From positions 1 to 64,000 of the IMG/VR virus record IMGVR_UViG_3300025809_002164: DNA of 64,000 nt; one strand, 5' to 3'. A model generated the notes under the pieces. It worked only from the letters and a program-made list of their open reading frames with translations, did no database searches and was not told the origin of the DNA. The DNA is from a virus. Shown piece by piece: positions 28,338 through 36,844 of the stretch (position 1 is the stretch's first letter; the number at the start of each line of letters is the position of its first letter). Both the position numbers and the translations under genes were made by a program.

Positions 28338-28550
28338 TTAATCTAAATCTTCACCTATATCTATATCGATATCTTGATTTCCTGACTCTATGAGCTCTTG
28401 CATTTTTTCCCTCAAAGCTCCTATCATTGTTATAGTGTTGATGTCGAACTCATCGATGTATCTATATACTAAGTCGTCTAATTCAAAGCGAAATGCATCT
28501 GTCTGTTCGTCATAGTCTTTAGGGCCTCCGTAATTTAAATCTTCATTCAT
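28338..28550 (-). CDS. Acidic hypothetical protein
   Basis: 70 aa, D/E-rich. Confidence 0.55.
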   Translation of the reverse strand: MNEDLNYGGPKDYDEQTDAFRFELDDLVYRYIDEFDINTITMIGALREKMQELIESGNQDIDIDIGEDLD

Positions 28551-28574
28551 AATGTTATTATAATATATGGTCCA

Positions 28575-29474
28575 CTATAATTCAAGCTGCTTTTGGGGAA
28601 ATTTTTTTGCTTCCTTTAGTTTTATATCATTAAAGGATTTGTTGAGGTTTTCTAAAGTCAAATCTTTTAGCTTTAAGGAGTTAAAGTCTCCAGACATTTC
28701 GTAGCCTCTTGTTTTTTCACCTTCCCTTGACCACGGTATAATCTCATCTTTATATTCAATATTTAACAGTTCCGAGTATTTATTTATGTCGTGGAGATAA
28801 TATTCAAAAGATTTACTCAATAGTATTAATAGGTAGCCGCCGTTTTTGATTAAGCTATTAAGTTTATTGTACCTAAAATTAAGGAGAGACTCTCTTTTGA
28901 CCTTGCCTGTAAAATCGCAAACGAGCTCAAGTGGGCATCCAGACAACAAGAAGTCTTCAGAGCTATCAATTCCTCCTTTAGCTGCAAACTTATAGTCAGC
29001 ATCACACCCACATTTCTCAATGTCCAGGGCTCCTATGGCCACTTCTGGGATCCACCCCGTCAATAAATCGTAACAAAAATGAATAGGATGTCTTTTTTGT
29101 AAATTTTTATTGGCTCCAACTGCTTTAACTAAAAAATCAATAGTAGCTTCAGTATGACAATTAAAAAAAACTGATGAAAGTAGTAATGGCATTGTTTTAT
29201 TATCTCCCTCATACCTAAGGAAGTTGCGAAAATTATTTAAAGCTTTCAATCTTAAGACCGTAGACCAAGATTCTTTGAATTTATTATCTATATTGGGGTA
29301 GTCCCAAAAGCCAGGAGACCCCCGAACTAAACTGTTGTCTTTAATAAATAAGTGGGATTTATTATCCCAGCATTCGCGAATCTTCAACAAGTGTTCGTTT
29401 TCTTCGCATAAATTGACTAAATGGTGAGATTCTCCATCTTTAAAGTTTATGTGTGTTAGCTTTTTAATTATCAT
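28575..29474 (-). CDS. Putative type II restriction endonuclease
   Basis: 3 nt downstream of the C5 MTase; GCD...EDF....LELVCD is compatible with a PD-(D/E)xK-like core. Confidence 0.4.
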   Translation of the reverse strand: MIIKKLTHINFKDGESHHLVNLCEENEHLLKIRECWDNKSHLFIKDNSLVRGSPGFWDYPNIDNKFKESWSTVLRLKALNNFRNFLRYEGDNKTMPLLLSSVFFNCHTEATIDFLVKAVGANKNLQKRHPIHFCYDLLTGWIPEVAIGALDIEKCGCDADYKFAAKGGIDSSEDFLLSGCPLELVCDFTGKVKRESLLNFRYNKLNSLIKNGGYLLILLSKSFEYYLHDINKYSELLNIEYKDEIIPWSREGEKTRGYEMSGDFNSLKLKDLTLENLNKSFNDIKLKEAKKFPQKQLEL

Positions 29475-29477
29475 ATT

Positions 29478-30620
29478 TTAGAAGTCAAATTTAAGCTGTC
29501 TAGAGTTGTCTTCGACATCAACATCATTACTTGGGATTGTAGAAATTATATACTTTGCCATTTTGGGGAGAAATAACTCACCTAAAACTTTCCTGATGAA
29601 GGATTGGTTGTATTCGTACTTAAAAGATCCGTCTTTTTGCAGGCGAGCGAATTGATCTAAGCAACCCTCAGGTAATCCGCACAGCAGCAATACCTCTCTT
29701 ATTGACAGTACTCTAGCATCAGAATAAGTCCCATCAGGATTTTTGTTTCCTGGATGAACATTATTCTGGCTTGAGATTGATCCGTTTGTCATTGTAACTG
29801 TCGGAGCTGGAGAATTCCAGTCCATTCTTTTATATGTAGTCGAGAAACCGTAAATCCTTCTCTTTTTGCCATCCTCAAGTACATAAGGAAAGTGATCCTC
29901 CTTATTGTTAAATGCAGTGTCTCCTGTTGGTGTGTTTTTCATCCAATCTATATGCCTTTCGTTATGCTTTGGAGAAAAGTGCCATTTCACTGAGGAGCAT
30001 TCCCCGCTCTCCAGAGAACATAAATGACTTATCGTTTCACGCACCGTAGTTATTGCTGTTTTTTCTTTTGGATGTCTCCATGAACCTTTCTTTGATATTA
30101 GACATATGGACCTACTTCTCGACTGAGGGCTTCCGCAATGCTTGCCATTCATAGTTTCGTAAATGCATTCAAAATTTTCTGGAAGTCGTGATTTGATAAA
30201 ATCTATTATATTGTACAGCTTTTTCTTGTAAAAAATATAAGTTTTAGCCATTTGAGGAACGTTCTCTATTAGCATATATTTTGGCCTAACTCGATTAAAA
30301 ACGTTCATTGCGTGAACTATGAGTGTGTTTCTTGGGTCTTCTGTGTCTTTTTTTGCGTTAGCTATACTCATTCCTTGGCACGGAGGTGTGGCAATTATAA
30401 TGTCTACCCCTCCATGATTATCGCAAGCTTTAACTAATTTATCTTGAACTCCTTGTTTTGATATATCGCCACATATCACATCCTTATGATCTGGGTAGAA
30501 TTTTTTATAGAAATCAACCCTATCTTGAAGTAATTCATTAGCGACAACTACTTCGTGACCTAAGTCTTTAAGGTAAAATTCGCCGAACCCTACATTTGCA
30601 AAAAGTGATAATATTTTCAT
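29478..30620 (-). CDS. DNA (cytosine-5) methyltransferase
   Basis: SLFANVG (motif I variant), PPCQG (IV), ENV (VI), QSR.R (VIII), R.LSIRE (IX). Confidence 0.92.
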   Translation of the reverse strand: MKILSLFANVGFGEFYLKDLGHEVVVANELLQDRVDFYKKFYPDHKDVICGDISKQGVQDKLVKACDNHGGVDIIIATPPCQGMSIANAKKDTEDPRNTLIVHAMNVFNRVRPKYMLIENVPQMAKTYIFYKKKLYNIIDFIKSRLPENFECIYETMNGKHCGSPQSRSRSICLISKKGSWRHPKEKTAITTVRETISHLCSLESGECSSVKWHFSPKHNERHIDWMKNTPTGDTAFNNKEDHFPYVLEDGKKRRIYGFSTTYKRMDWNSPAPTVTMTNGSISSQNNVHPGNKNPDGTYSDARVLSIREVLLLCGLPEGCLDQFARLQKDGSFKYEYNQSFIRKVLGELFLPKMAKYIISTIPSNDVDVEDNSRQLKFDF

Positions 30621-30634
30621 ATATTTATAAATAA

Positions 30635-30663
30635 GAAAGGACGGCTATTATAGCCGTCCTTTC
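30635..30663 (-). terminator. Perfect 13-bp inverted repeat; probable intrinsic terminator overlapping the MTase promoter
   Basis: gaaaggacggcta-tta-tagccgtcctttc, followed on the minus strand by a T-rich tail. Confidence 0.65.
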
Positions 30664-30675
30664 CGTAAAAGTCAA
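30647..30675 (-). promoter_or_regulatory. Near-consensus sigma70 promoter of the MTase
   Basis: TTGACT (30670-30675), 17 nt spacer, TATAAT (30647-30652). Confidence 0.75.
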
Positions 30676-30689
30676 GATATAAATTATCT

Positions 30690-30929
30690 TTATTTCTTTT
30701 CTGAACCTCTACCTAGCAGAGCCACAATAAGAAGTAGTGTGATTACTCCAGCAAGGCTAGCTCCAGAACCTACGAACCCATTAACAATGGACTGCAGGTT
30801 TCCGATTACGTTAATTGGGGCAGACTCCCCAAACACTACTTGAGCAATTACTAATAGCCCAATGAATGATAGTAAAACGCCGGTAATTCCCCCGGCATAG
30901 GATTTGATTGTTTCTAGTGTATCTTTCAT
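30690..30929 (-). CDS. Small two-TM membrane protein
   Basis: Two G/A-rich hydrophobic helices. Confidence 0.65.
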   Translation of the reverse strand: MKDTLETIKSYAGGITGVLLSFIGLLVIAQVVFGESAPINVIGNLQSIVNGFVGSGASLAGVITLLLIVALLGRGSEKK

Positions 30930-30934
30930 AATTT

Positions 30935-31582
30935 TTAGAATTTAAAGGTTAAGGAAGTTCCAAACACGAATTCTCTATCGATATCGTCAGCATCAATGTA
31001 ATCGACTGATAGTGCCGCCAATGACCCACCAAATTGCCTTGAGAGGTTCGCCCCAATACCATAGTAAGTTCTTTCGCTTGAAGAGCTTAAATCGGTACTC
31101 CCTGCGGCAGCATCGACGCCAAGAGATGCTACCCCTAGATCTAATGAATGCCCCAGAGAAACTTCGTAAGTGAACAGCTCGTCATCGATATCTCTAAAAA
31201 TAGAAACAGAAGGATTTAGTAGTACATTTGATGAAGCTCTGATAAAAACTTCAGATAGAGCATTTCCAGGAACATCTTCATAATGACTAAAGCCTCCGTA
31301 AAGAGAAACTAGTCCATCACTGAATGACTTCCCTAGAGATACAGATAAGTTATAGCTGTCGGAGCCTGTGTCAACTGACTGATTGGTGCATGCATGCAAA
31401 AAAGCCTGCAAGCTAAGAACTTCGGAGCTGAGATCAATTTTAGATTGAACTGACTCCTTAGCTTTCTGTTCACCTCTGTAAAAAAAATCAGAAGTATACC
31501 CAATACTGGCAGAGTTGCTCGCAAGAGCGACGTTAGTAATAAGCCCTAAGGCTAGCAATAATGATACGATTTTTGTTTTCAT
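30935..31582 (-). CDS. Outer-membrane beta-barrel protein (TorF/TIGR02001-like putative porin)
   Basis: Signal peptide, Y.SDFFYRG, alternating beta strands, C-terminal Phe (FGTSLTFKF). Confidence 0.7.
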   Translation of the reverse strand: MKTKIVSLLLALGLITNVALASNSASIGYTSDFFYRGEQKAKESVQSKIDLSSEVLSLQAFLHACTNQSVDTGSDSYNLSVSLGKSFSDGLVSLYGGFSHYEDVPGNALSEVFIRASSNVLLNPSVSIFRDIDDELFTYEVSLGHSLDLGVASLGVDAAAGSTDLSSSSERTYYGIGANLSRQFGGSLAALSVDYIDADDIDREFVFGTSLTFKF

Positions 31583-31602
31583 TTGTTTTTTGTTGTTAAA
31601 AT

Positions 31603-32235
31603 TTACTTAATTCTTACCTCTTTCCAAGATATTAGTTTTGACTTCACTTGATCTCTGATAAACCGCTGCTTGGAGCTTAATTGGCTATTTCCGCTCTTGA
31701 CTTCAATGAAAGTTATTTCGTCTTCACCGAAAGAGATGTAGTCTATTGGTTGACCTAGAAATGAGCAAGATTCTGGATCAAAATCAAATTGATCTAAAAA
31801 TGGAGCTAAAGTTTCGGCAACATGCCCTAATCTAACTTCCCCGCTCTTCTTTTGTGATAGTATTTTTTTTCTGTTTTGAGTTTCTTCCGATAATTTTAAT
31901 TGCAAATCAGAAATTATAACTGATTGCTCTTTTTCTTTAGACTTAAGGGTGTGGTTTCTCTCCTCTATAGATCTTTGCTCTGTGTCTAGTGATTTTTGAA
32001 GTTTAGATATAGTTTCGTAAAGATTAGCCTCTCTTTCTTTTGAATTTAAGTTAGATGAGTTAAGCTGTTCTGATATATTCTTAAAGTTATGTTCTGATTG
32101 GTTTATTTGAATTTTTAATCTCTCATTGCTTAGAGATAAAGATTCTGCGTTAATTTGTTTTTTTTTAAATAAATAAATAGCATAGATTAAGCATGCCGAA
32201 CATATTAATAATAAAATTACTAATGCTTTTGTCAA
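31603..32235 (-). CDS. Membrane-anchored Holliday-junction-resolvase-like endonuclease (Endonuc_Holl)
   Basis: TM helix, coiled coil, G...E.LAPF, FLGQPIDY, FIEVKSG.SQL..KQ. Confidence 0.8.
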   Translation of the reverse strand: MTKALVILLLICSACLIYAIYLFKKKQINAESLSLSNERLKIQINQSEHNFKNISEQLNSSNLNSKEREANLYETISKLQKSLDTEQRSIEERNHTLKSKEKEQSVIISDLQLKLSEETQNRKKILSQKKSGEVRLGHVAETLAPFLDQFDFDPESCSFLGQPIDYISFGEDEITFIEVKSGNSQLSSKQRFIRDQVKSKLISWKEVRIK

Positions 32236-32237
32236 AA

Positions 32238-32471
32238 TTATTTTTTAGTAATTGATATTATTCTATCGTGCCTAAAAGATCTAACTTCTTTGCGTCCAAA
32301 ACAATAAGCTTTAAATCCTATGTTAGATCTACCATCTTTTTTGTTTCCAAAGGAATTAAATAAATCAATGCAACCTATTTGATAGGTTTTAATTTTTCCG
32401 TTTAGGTTTTTATATACTAAATAGTACCTTCTATAGCAAGGGTTGAATTTTTGTAAGATGTAATTAATCAT
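32238..32471 (-). CDS. Stand-alone WYL-like domain protein
   Basis: AYCFGRKEVRSFRHDRI matches the WYL C-terminal R.F..DRI signature. Confidence 0.55.
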   Translation of the reverse strand: MINYILQKFNPCYRRYYLVYKNLNGKIKTYQIGCIDLFNSFGNKKDGRSNIGFKAYCFGRKEVRSFRHDRIISITKK

Positions 32472-32673
32472 CTAAATTGATTCCTTTTGATTCGCAATAC
32501 CTAAGGCTATAACCTTCTTCTTGGTGAAACTTTTGAGAGAAAAGCATCATCAATAATATGACATAAGGCTCAAACGATTTAAAGTCTAATGCATTAAAGC
32601 ATAATAATGCCACAACTATAATTGGGCAGAACTTATTTAAAATATAATTGATAAAATATGTTTCGAATTTCAT
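32464..32673 (-). CDS. Small membrane protein
   Basis: Likely start MKFETY after TTGACT-17-TAAGAT (32685-32713). Confidence 0.5.
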   Translation of the reverse strand: MKFETYFINYILNKFCPIIVVALLCFNALDFKSFEPYVILLMMLFSQKFHQEEGYSLRYCESKGINLDD

Positions 32674-32729
32674 AATAAGAATACATCTTATCATTGTACG
32701 GCTAGAAAGTCAAGAACTATTTTAAGAAA

Positions 32730-32939
32730 TTAAGTAATATTTTCTGGATGGGAGGTTTCAACAATGACAACTGAGTCCTTATTTCTGCCTCCGAAGGATT
32801 TTAAGGACGAAACTAGCGAGTCTGCGTGCATTCTAGCTTCAGCAATAGTCCAATAGTCTTTAGGCCAAGCCCTTCTGCCGTTTCGAGTTACTACATAAAA
32901 AATATCTTCCTTGCTTTTTCGTCCGTTTTGTTTAGTCAT
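32730..32939 (-). CDS. Hypothetical protein
   Basis: 69 aa ORF. Confidence 0.55.
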   Translation of the reverse strand: MTKQNGRKSKEDIFYVVTRNGRRAWPKDYWTIAEARMHADSLVSSLKSFGGRNKDSVVIVETSHPENIT

Positions 32940-32968
32940 GGTTTATTTTAATAATTATTAATTTAGGG

Positions 32969-33127
32969 TTACTGGTGAGTCCATGTAGATTTGTTTAATT
33001 TAATTTGTTTTAATTTATAATACCAATAAAAAGGTAATGCAGTGGCATAACCTAATGAATATATTATAACTAAAGTTCCTATAAAATTCCAAAAACTTTC
33101 AAAAATAATACTTAAAGATTCAGCCAT
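32969..33127 (-). CDS. Small membrane protein (52 aa)
   Basis: Manual ORF MAESLSIIFESFWNFIGTLVIIYSLGYATALPFYWYYKLK... Confidence 0.5.
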   Translation of the reverse strand: MAESLSIIFESFWNFIGTLVIIYSLGYATALPFYWYYKLKQIKLNKSTWTHQ

Positions 33128-33591
33128 TCTTGTGATCCTTCGACATTAAGTAAGTCTTTAATTTGGATTTGAGTAATAGTTTCTACGGTTCCTGGCCTAC
33201 GAAATAATCTATATTTACAAAACCAAGGCTTGTCTACGTATGGTAGATCCCATCGGACGATCTGACTTGAGGAGAGATAGCTAACTAACTGTTTCCTTGG
33301 AACTAAGATAAACCCTTTAGCTGTTTCAAATGAAATAAATTGAGCTCCTTTATTCACCCAACCTTCCCCGCCTTTGCTATTTTTAAATTCTATATATACC
33401 CATTCTGAATTTTTTTTCCCATTTTTTTTCTTAATGTCAACAGAAATGACTGTAGGCTTTTGATTTATATGACCTTCAAGCTTTGTGTCTATGTTGTTTT
33501 TTCTTTCATTGAATGAAGGATTTAGGACTTTATAGCCTTTCGACTTTGCGATATCTGAAAATTTAGTTTTATATTGGTTAGTATTTTGCAT
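33112..33591 (-). CDS. PD-(D/E)xK-like nuclease
   Basis: ID...ISVDIK...WVYIEFKN..G..GW. Confidence 0.55.
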   Translation of the reverse strand: MQNTNQYKTKFSDIAKSKGYKVLNPSFNERKNNIDTKLEGHINQKPTVISVDIKKKNGKKNSEWVYIEFKNSKGGEGWVNKGAQFISFETAKGFILVPRKQLVSYLSSSQIVRWDLPYVDKPWFCKYRLFRRPGTVETITQIQIKDLLNVEGSQEWLNL

Positions 33592-33599
33592 TAAAATTT

Positions 33600-34688
33600 T
33601 TATTGAGAGTCATAAAGAGCATTAAAAGCTCTAGACGCATCTTTTGATTTTTTATACTTATTTTTCGTAATAGCCATAATTACTTCTTCCGTGACCTTAT
33701 CTTCGTCTTCTGGCATTGTATATAGAGCAATCGCTTTATCTTTCTTTCTCACATCGCACTCCCATTTAATGTTATAATTAAAGTCAGGAATTGGCTTTGA
33801 TAGGTACTCTAGGGATATATTGGGGTTACTTTGATCTCTTTCGGTCCATAAGTAGACGGGAACTACCCCCATCCACGTTTCATGAAATGCCCCTATGTTT
33901 ACTTCAGCTTCTACTATTTCGCTGCCAGAAAATGAGCCTGGGTTAGCTGAGTCCGCATAATTATTATAACTCAGTATCATCCCGTCGTCAAACTTTTCAT
34001 TAAGATAAACGTGGAAGTATTTAAATAAATTTACACAGTCCCAGAAACCGTCAGTTTCGTTTTGTATAACTATTCTGTTTTGAGTCTCCTTATTAAGCTT
34101 TTTAAAGTTCTTATAAAATAATTTGACAGAATTGACAGCATTTTCGTGAGATCCAGATGTAGGTTCACCAAAAGGTTTAATTATTATAGGATTTGATGCA
34201 TTAGATGGGAATCCTGCAATCTCAAAGAACCAACTATGAAAATTTAACTCGTTAGTTGCTCTAGATAGTGATTTTTCATCTTCCGTAATTAAGCTATTTG
34301 TAGAATCTGGACAAATTGACAGAGTAACATTGTGCTGTCGAGCTAGAAAACCTATTTCTCTTACTTTTGACTCTATGGATTCTTTGTCAGGTAGGTCTGA
34401 GAGAGAAATTTGAAGATCATCACTAAAATCACACAACAAGCTAAATAAAGAACTACTTATCCTGTAGTGATTTATATTTACTTTTGGAATAAATTCAATT
34501 ATGTTCTCAGTTAAACTTAAATTGTGATGTATTCTACTTGCTAGTTCAGTGAGAGCACTTTCCTCTCCTGAGCTTTCCTTAATAGAGTTAAAGCTTTTTT
34601 GAGTTATTCCTGAAAATGTATAAGATCCGCTAGGGTCTTTTTCTTTTAAGAGTTCTGATGTAGTAATTAATCCATAGGAAGTGTTCAT
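33600..34688 (-). CDS. UvsE paralog lacking catalytic metal ligands
   Basis: Colinear with 170..1174 (ELASRIHHNL, HYRISSSLF, ELNFH, KWECDV.KKD) but His/Glu/Asp ligands are substituted. Confidence 0.75.
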   Translation of the reverse strand: MNTSYGLITTSELLKEKDPSGSYTFSGITQKSFNSIKESSGEESALTELASRIHHNLSLTENIIEFIPKVNINHYRISSSLFSLLCDFSDDLQISLSDLPDKESIESKVREIGFLARQHNVTLSICPDSTNSLITEDEKSLSRATNELNFHSWFFEIAGFPSNASNPIIIKPFGEPTSGSHENAVNSVKLFYKNFKKLNKETQNRIVIQNETDGFWDCVNLFKYFHVYLNEKFDDGMILSYNNYADSANPGSFSGSEIVEAEVNIGAFHETWMGVVPVYLWTERDQSNPNISLEYLSKPIPDFNYNIKWECDVRKKDKAIALYTMPEDEDKVTEEVIMAITKNKYKKSKDASRAFNALYDSQ

Positions 34689-34697
34689 GAATAGTTC

Positions 34698-34988
34698 TTA
34701 CACTAAAGTGTCGGGAATTTCTTTTTTTTCTTCAACTTCAGGTTTCACTTCAACCTTAGATTCTGACTGAGATTCTGAGTCTTGAGATATGTATAAAACG
34801 TAATCTGGCTTCTTATCGTTATCCTTGAATCTATTAGGAAACATGACAACCCTCATCTTCTTCTTAACTCCTAGCTCATCGACTTCGATGCTGCCCGAAA
34901 GATATTTACCTTTAGAGCTATCTTTCGTCCAGAAAGCTCCAATTTCGCGTTTTGACCAATCTGATTTATTGTTTTGTTCTTCTAACAT
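34698..34988 (-). CDS. DUF736-like small protein (possible ssDNA-binding)
   Basis: EIGAFW.K..KGKYLSG.I...FPN..K...KPDY, acidic tail. Confidence 0.55.
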   Translation of the reverse strand: MLEEQNNKSDWSKREIGAFWTKDSSKGKYLSGSIEVDELGVKKKMRVVMFPNRFKDNDKKPDYVLYISQDSESQSESKVEVKPEVEEKKEIPDTLV

Positions 34989-35006
34989 AGTGTACGTATT
35001 GTTTGT

Positions 35007-35309
35007 ATGGTTATAATATATGATTCTGTATTAACTGAGCCTCCCAGTTCAATAAGTTGTTTTAGAGATGTAACTCTTTTCGCTAAGTCTTTCCTTAGTT
35101 TTGAGAATTTAATAAAATGTCCAGATGGAACTAGGTCTATTTACTGGAGTTGGGTTAAGAGCTATGGGGCTCATGATTTTATAGACGGATTAATTTTAGA
35201 TGGAGAAGATCAGAGTGGAGTTCATGTTGGTCCAAGTGGACAAATAAAGCTTAAATTATTAAATGAATTTAATTATATTGATTTAATTAATAAATTAAAA
35301 ACTATTTAA
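35007..35309 (+). CDS. Hypothetical protein
   Basis: 100 aa plus-strand ORF with GTGTA 12 nt upstream. Confidence 0.6.
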   Translation: MVIIYDSVLTEPPSSISCFRDVTLFAKSFLSFENLIKCPDGTRSIYWSWVKSYGAHDFIDGLILDGEDQSGVHVGPSGQIKLKLLNEFNYIDLINKLKTI

Positions 35310-35667
35310 ACTTAGACAACACACTTCCGTCTTTATATAAATCCGTAGGTTCCATGGCTGCAGGTTTAATATTCGGGCGATTTACGGTTGGCGGAGCTGA
35401 CTGTTCTACTTTGGGTTCTGCTTTAGGTTCTGCTTTAGGTTCTGCTTTAGTTTCTGAGTCTGCGCGAAGTTCGGGGAATAGTTTTACTAAAACTTCTATC
35501 TGTGAATCCAGGGAAGAGACTTTCTCTAAAATTGAAGCTAAAGATTTAGAGAAATCTAAAACTTCTCCTGATGGTTGAACTGAAAATAGCTTAATATCTG
35601 CTATTAGCATATTTCTTGAACCTATTAACTTGTAATATAAACCTTGTATGTGTGGTGATGTTTTCAT
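35302..35667 (-). CDS. Hypothetical protein with KAEP tandem repeat
   Basis: KAEPKAEPKAEPK from a 12-bp tandem repeat at about 35412-35450. Confidence 0.6.
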   Translation of the reverse strand: MKTSPHIQGLYYKLIGSRNMLIADIKLFSVQPSGEVLDFSKSLASILEKVSSLDSQIEVLVKLFPELRADSETKAEPKAEPKAEPKVEQSAPPTVNRPNIKPAAMEPTDLYKDGSVLSKFK

Positions 35668-35681
35668 ATTTTTGTAAAATT

Positions 35682-36218
35682 TTATCTATACTGCTCTTGA
35701 AGGAGCCTCCACCTGTCTGAGTCTATAGGCTTAACTCCGCTATTTATAGCATAAATCATGTCTATAACTTCTTCTAAGCTGTTATAGATGTATTTATGTG
35801 GCAACATTCCGAGAAGCCATAAGGGAGTTTTAGATTTGCCTCCCTCCATACTGATAAAAATTGGCTTTTTCATTCTTATAGCGGTTACGATTTCTTCAGC
35901 ACTACCCCAGCTTGCGACTTCGGGGACTAAGTGTGCAACTATGAAGTCTGACCTGTCGACTAAATTGAGGTCGTATGACCTGACTGTTTTCATTCTTTCA
36001 GATACTCTGTCGTATTGCTTTGTCTTCATCCAAGTTTCCATTTCAATTCTGGAAGCTTCATCTTCTTCTACATCTTTAACAAATGGCTTTTTATAGGGAT
36101 CAAAGCAGGTTATTTTGATTTCAGAAAGCTTTTCAGTAACTTCTTCCCTCCAGTTTCTGCCACTTAAGTATTGCATGTGGCCTACTAGGTAGGTTTTTGT
36201 TTTTGATAGTAAGTTCAT
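35682..36218 (-). CDS. Nucleoside 2-deoxyribosyltransferase-like protein
   Basis: YLVG.M, WR, FDP, D...VDRSD..V, SWGSAEE, KP; TTGACT-17-TATAAT promoter at 36232-36260. Confidence 0.75.
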   Translation of the reverse strand: MNLLSKTKTYLVGHMQYLSGRNWREEVTEKLSEIKITCFDPYKKPFVKDVEEDEASRIEMETWMKTKQYDRVSERMKTVRSYDLNLVDRSDFIVAHLVPEVASWGSAEEIVTAIRMKKPIFISMEGGKSKTPLWLLGMLPHKYIYNSLEEVIDMIYAINSGVKPIDSDRWRLLQEQYR

Positions 36219-36360
36219 TTAGATTGGGCTAATTATACTATTTAAATAGTTGAAAGTCAAGGAAAAAATTAATTATTTAGATTGTTGAAGTTATCGTCCA
36301 CTTAGTTTTTATTTTTGTTCAGTAAATTTTTTTGAGTATATGCAGTTTATAAAAATTTTA

Positions 36361-36782
36361 TGGTGGAGGTGAGGGGAGTCGAACCCCTGTCCTGAGTGCT
36401 TTCATTAAGACACGTCTACAAGTTTATCTAATTTTTTTTATAGTTATGATATTAGAATCTAACTACCTGTTTCAATTATTTGCCCCCGAATAATCAGTGA
36501 ACTACAGTTTATTAACAAGTAAACCTTTTCTGCTTTTACAGATAGATTACCCCTTATTCTTAATATCTGTGTCAAAAGATAAGAGGTGACAGGTGTTTAT
36601 GCTGCCAGAGCAAGCCTTTGATTCTTGAAACCAAGTCGCTTTGCAGCGAATCGATTTTTAAAACCAAAAGCTTTAACACGGTTTTGAGCGCCATGTGAAG
36701 CTTTGCACTTTTGTATCGAAGCCCAGTGCGTCTCCGACTTGCGGTGAAAAAAATTGACATCAGTCGAATCCAGTACACCCCC
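36361..36782 (-). ncRNA. ssrA: tmRNA (422 nt)
   Basis: 5' GGGGGTGTACTGGATTCGAC; 3' GACAGGGGTTCGACTCCCCTCACCTCCACCA; acceptor stem with G3.U wobble and encoded CCA; pk1 (GCAC/GTGC, GCTT/AAGC); tag ORF ending LALAA-TAA at 36597. Confidence 0.95.
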
Positions 36783-36809
36783 AACATAAAATTTCAAAGA
36801 ACTTTAAAT

Positions 36810-36838
36810 ATAATACTTCAAGTTAACAATAAAGTCAA
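36810..36838 (-). promoter_or_regulatory. sigma70-like promoter of tmRNA
   Basis: TTGACT (36833-36838), 17 nt spacer, TATTAT (36810-36815). Confidence 0.7.
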
Positions 36839-36844
36839 GCAAAT

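Noticed and set aside
35412-35450. 12-bp tandem repeat as a contingency locus
   Set aside because: In-frame repeat encoding a KAEP linker; copy-number change would not switch expression
36361-36395. tRNA gene or attP site
   Set aside because: This is the tRNA-like 3' end of the tmRNA; no anticodon arm, adjacent integrase or duplicated copy was seen
36572-36797. ORFs 36572..36787 and 36597..36797 as protein genes
   Set aside because: They lie within the tmRNA; only the 3' part of the second is meaningful, as the tag reading frame
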